64,000 bases of DNA, taken from contig NC_045138.2 in NCBI RefSeq assembly GCF_008831285.2, positions 32,922,001-32,986,000 of the forward strand, given 5' to 3'. The notes beneath the pieces are model-generated. The model saw only the letters and a program-made list of their open reading frames with translations. It had not been told where the DNA came from and made no database searches. Position numbers and translations under genes: made by a program. Source of the DNA: Nymphaea colorata (lineage: Eukaryota). Below are positions 62,554 to 64,000 of the stretch, piece by piece; the stretch's first letter is position 1, and the number at the start of each line of letters is the position of its first letter.

Positions 62554-64000
62554 TTCTTGGGGTCAGATCAATCCCGGCTCTCCATTTTTCATCGATCTCT
62601 CGATGCGTTTAGGCGACGGTTCTAGGTCTCAAATGCGTTACATATTTAATTTGTCCCGTTTAGAAGTTCTTGATGCTTCCACAGAAACTATGATAATGAT
62701 TCTCTTTGACGCAGAGGAGGCAAGGCCTTTGGCCCCTATGTACTTTGAGCTCTCATGTCATGTACCCATACATAAGGTTTATGAGCTTGTGTCATCTTCA
62801 GTAGCATTACAGTTCTACTACTCAAATATGGTTTTGTCTGCCTTATAAACAGCCATGCACATTCACATGGACACTCACATAAAACACTCACACACACATA
62901 TCAAAGAACTAGAAGCACTTGCACACTAACATGTAACTATATGCATAAATGTCAACAAGATAGAAAAGCATCCATCAAAGCATAAAATTCTTTTATGCTT
63001 TAAGAAGTGTAGGACAAAAGGGTAATCTTATTTTATAATAGATGCTCTGCCATTGCCTTTGAACAGGAAACTCGCTTACGTCAGCCATGGTTAGTGGCAA
63101 AAATGGACTGTGTCTGGACTAGATCCCAGTATATCAAATCTCAAATATGAAAATCAGAATTCAAATCTAAATGGATCCAATAAAACGGAGTCAAATATAA
63201 ATCAGAGAGCTCTGCAATATAATACATACATGGGAATTTTCTTAATGTTTAACAGATTCAACAAGAAAAGCTTTTGTCCACATTGGCGTTGAGCTAATAA
63301 TCGGATTTGAATTGTCTTGCCGAATCCAATCATTAGAAAGTCATATTCGAACCAAACATCCGATTCATCTGAACCTTTTTTTCATATCCTCATTCCTAGA
63401 CTCCGGAAGATGTACGCCAAAAAGTATGATTTCATCTGCAAGAATCAAGATTTGTAAATGCTGTCTGCCCTTTTCCAAACTTGGTCGATATTTGTTATTC
63501 TGATCGAAGTTGACCTTCGAATCAATCATCACTTCAGCAGTCTCCCACTAATTATTCCTCTCGTTTGGAAGTAAAAGAGTATTCTATCATTTGATTCCAT
63601 ATTAGAAAATTACAACAACTTCTTGCCCACGTGCGAGTACTTAATAGCAACCAATTGAAACAGTATATCAAGTAATTAAACTTATGATCGACCACATCAT
63701 GAAGAAGAATACAATCGAAGCAAAGTATTTTCGAATAAGTTACGTCATATTCTTCTGCAGTCCTTAAATATCACTTCCACGCTGATGTTCTTCCTTTTTT
63801 CTTCTAATTTTTTGACAACCTGGAGAGTTGGTCAGGCCACAAGTCAACCATATATATATATACATACAAGTATGTTGGACTGCTTGATTTATAATTTAGT
63901 TACAATATTATACATTTTTTTATAGTATAAAAAAAAACAATAGGTCAGATTTCAGTAAAAAAATTTTCAAGGGGATTGGTGCAATAATAAGCAACCAGTT

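Noticed and set aside
1..64000. CRISPR arrays, tRNA/rRNA genes, autonomous retrotransposons, prokaryotic operons
   Set aside because: None seen; the repeats lack repeat-spacer structure and no RT, integrase or transposase ORFs are present.

Overview
Flowering-plant nuclear DNA with spliced genes, GA/TA microsatellites and MITE relics; the species cannot be fixed from sequence alone. Eight protein-coding genes are supported: (1) an intronless acidic, repeat-containing membrane-anchored protein (817-1782 +); (2) a probable plastid multi-pass membrane protein (6643-9263 +); (3) a CNGC4/DND2-like cyclic-nucleotide-gated channel (14543-19686 +) with an apparent exon-1 frameshift and a GC-AG intron; (4) an AFB6-clade TIR1/AFB auxin receptor (32965-36878 +) with a uORF-packed upstream region and a degenerate miR393 site; (5) a dynein light chain LC8-type gene (38027-38475 -); (6) Mediator subunit MED18 (40898-42517 -); (7) an intronless ARM-repeat protein (50380-52131 +); (8) an uncharacterised basic protein with a 270-bp internal duplication, a KEN box and MSA promoter elements (60361-62274 -). 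The main non-coding finds are a box C/D snoRNA matching plant U36a (10610-10687) flanked by candidate H/ACA snoRNAs, and a 2.47-kb non-autonomous PIF/Harbinger-type element with perfect TIRs and TTA target-site duplication just upstream of MED18. All family assignments rest on recalled motifs; no database search was run.
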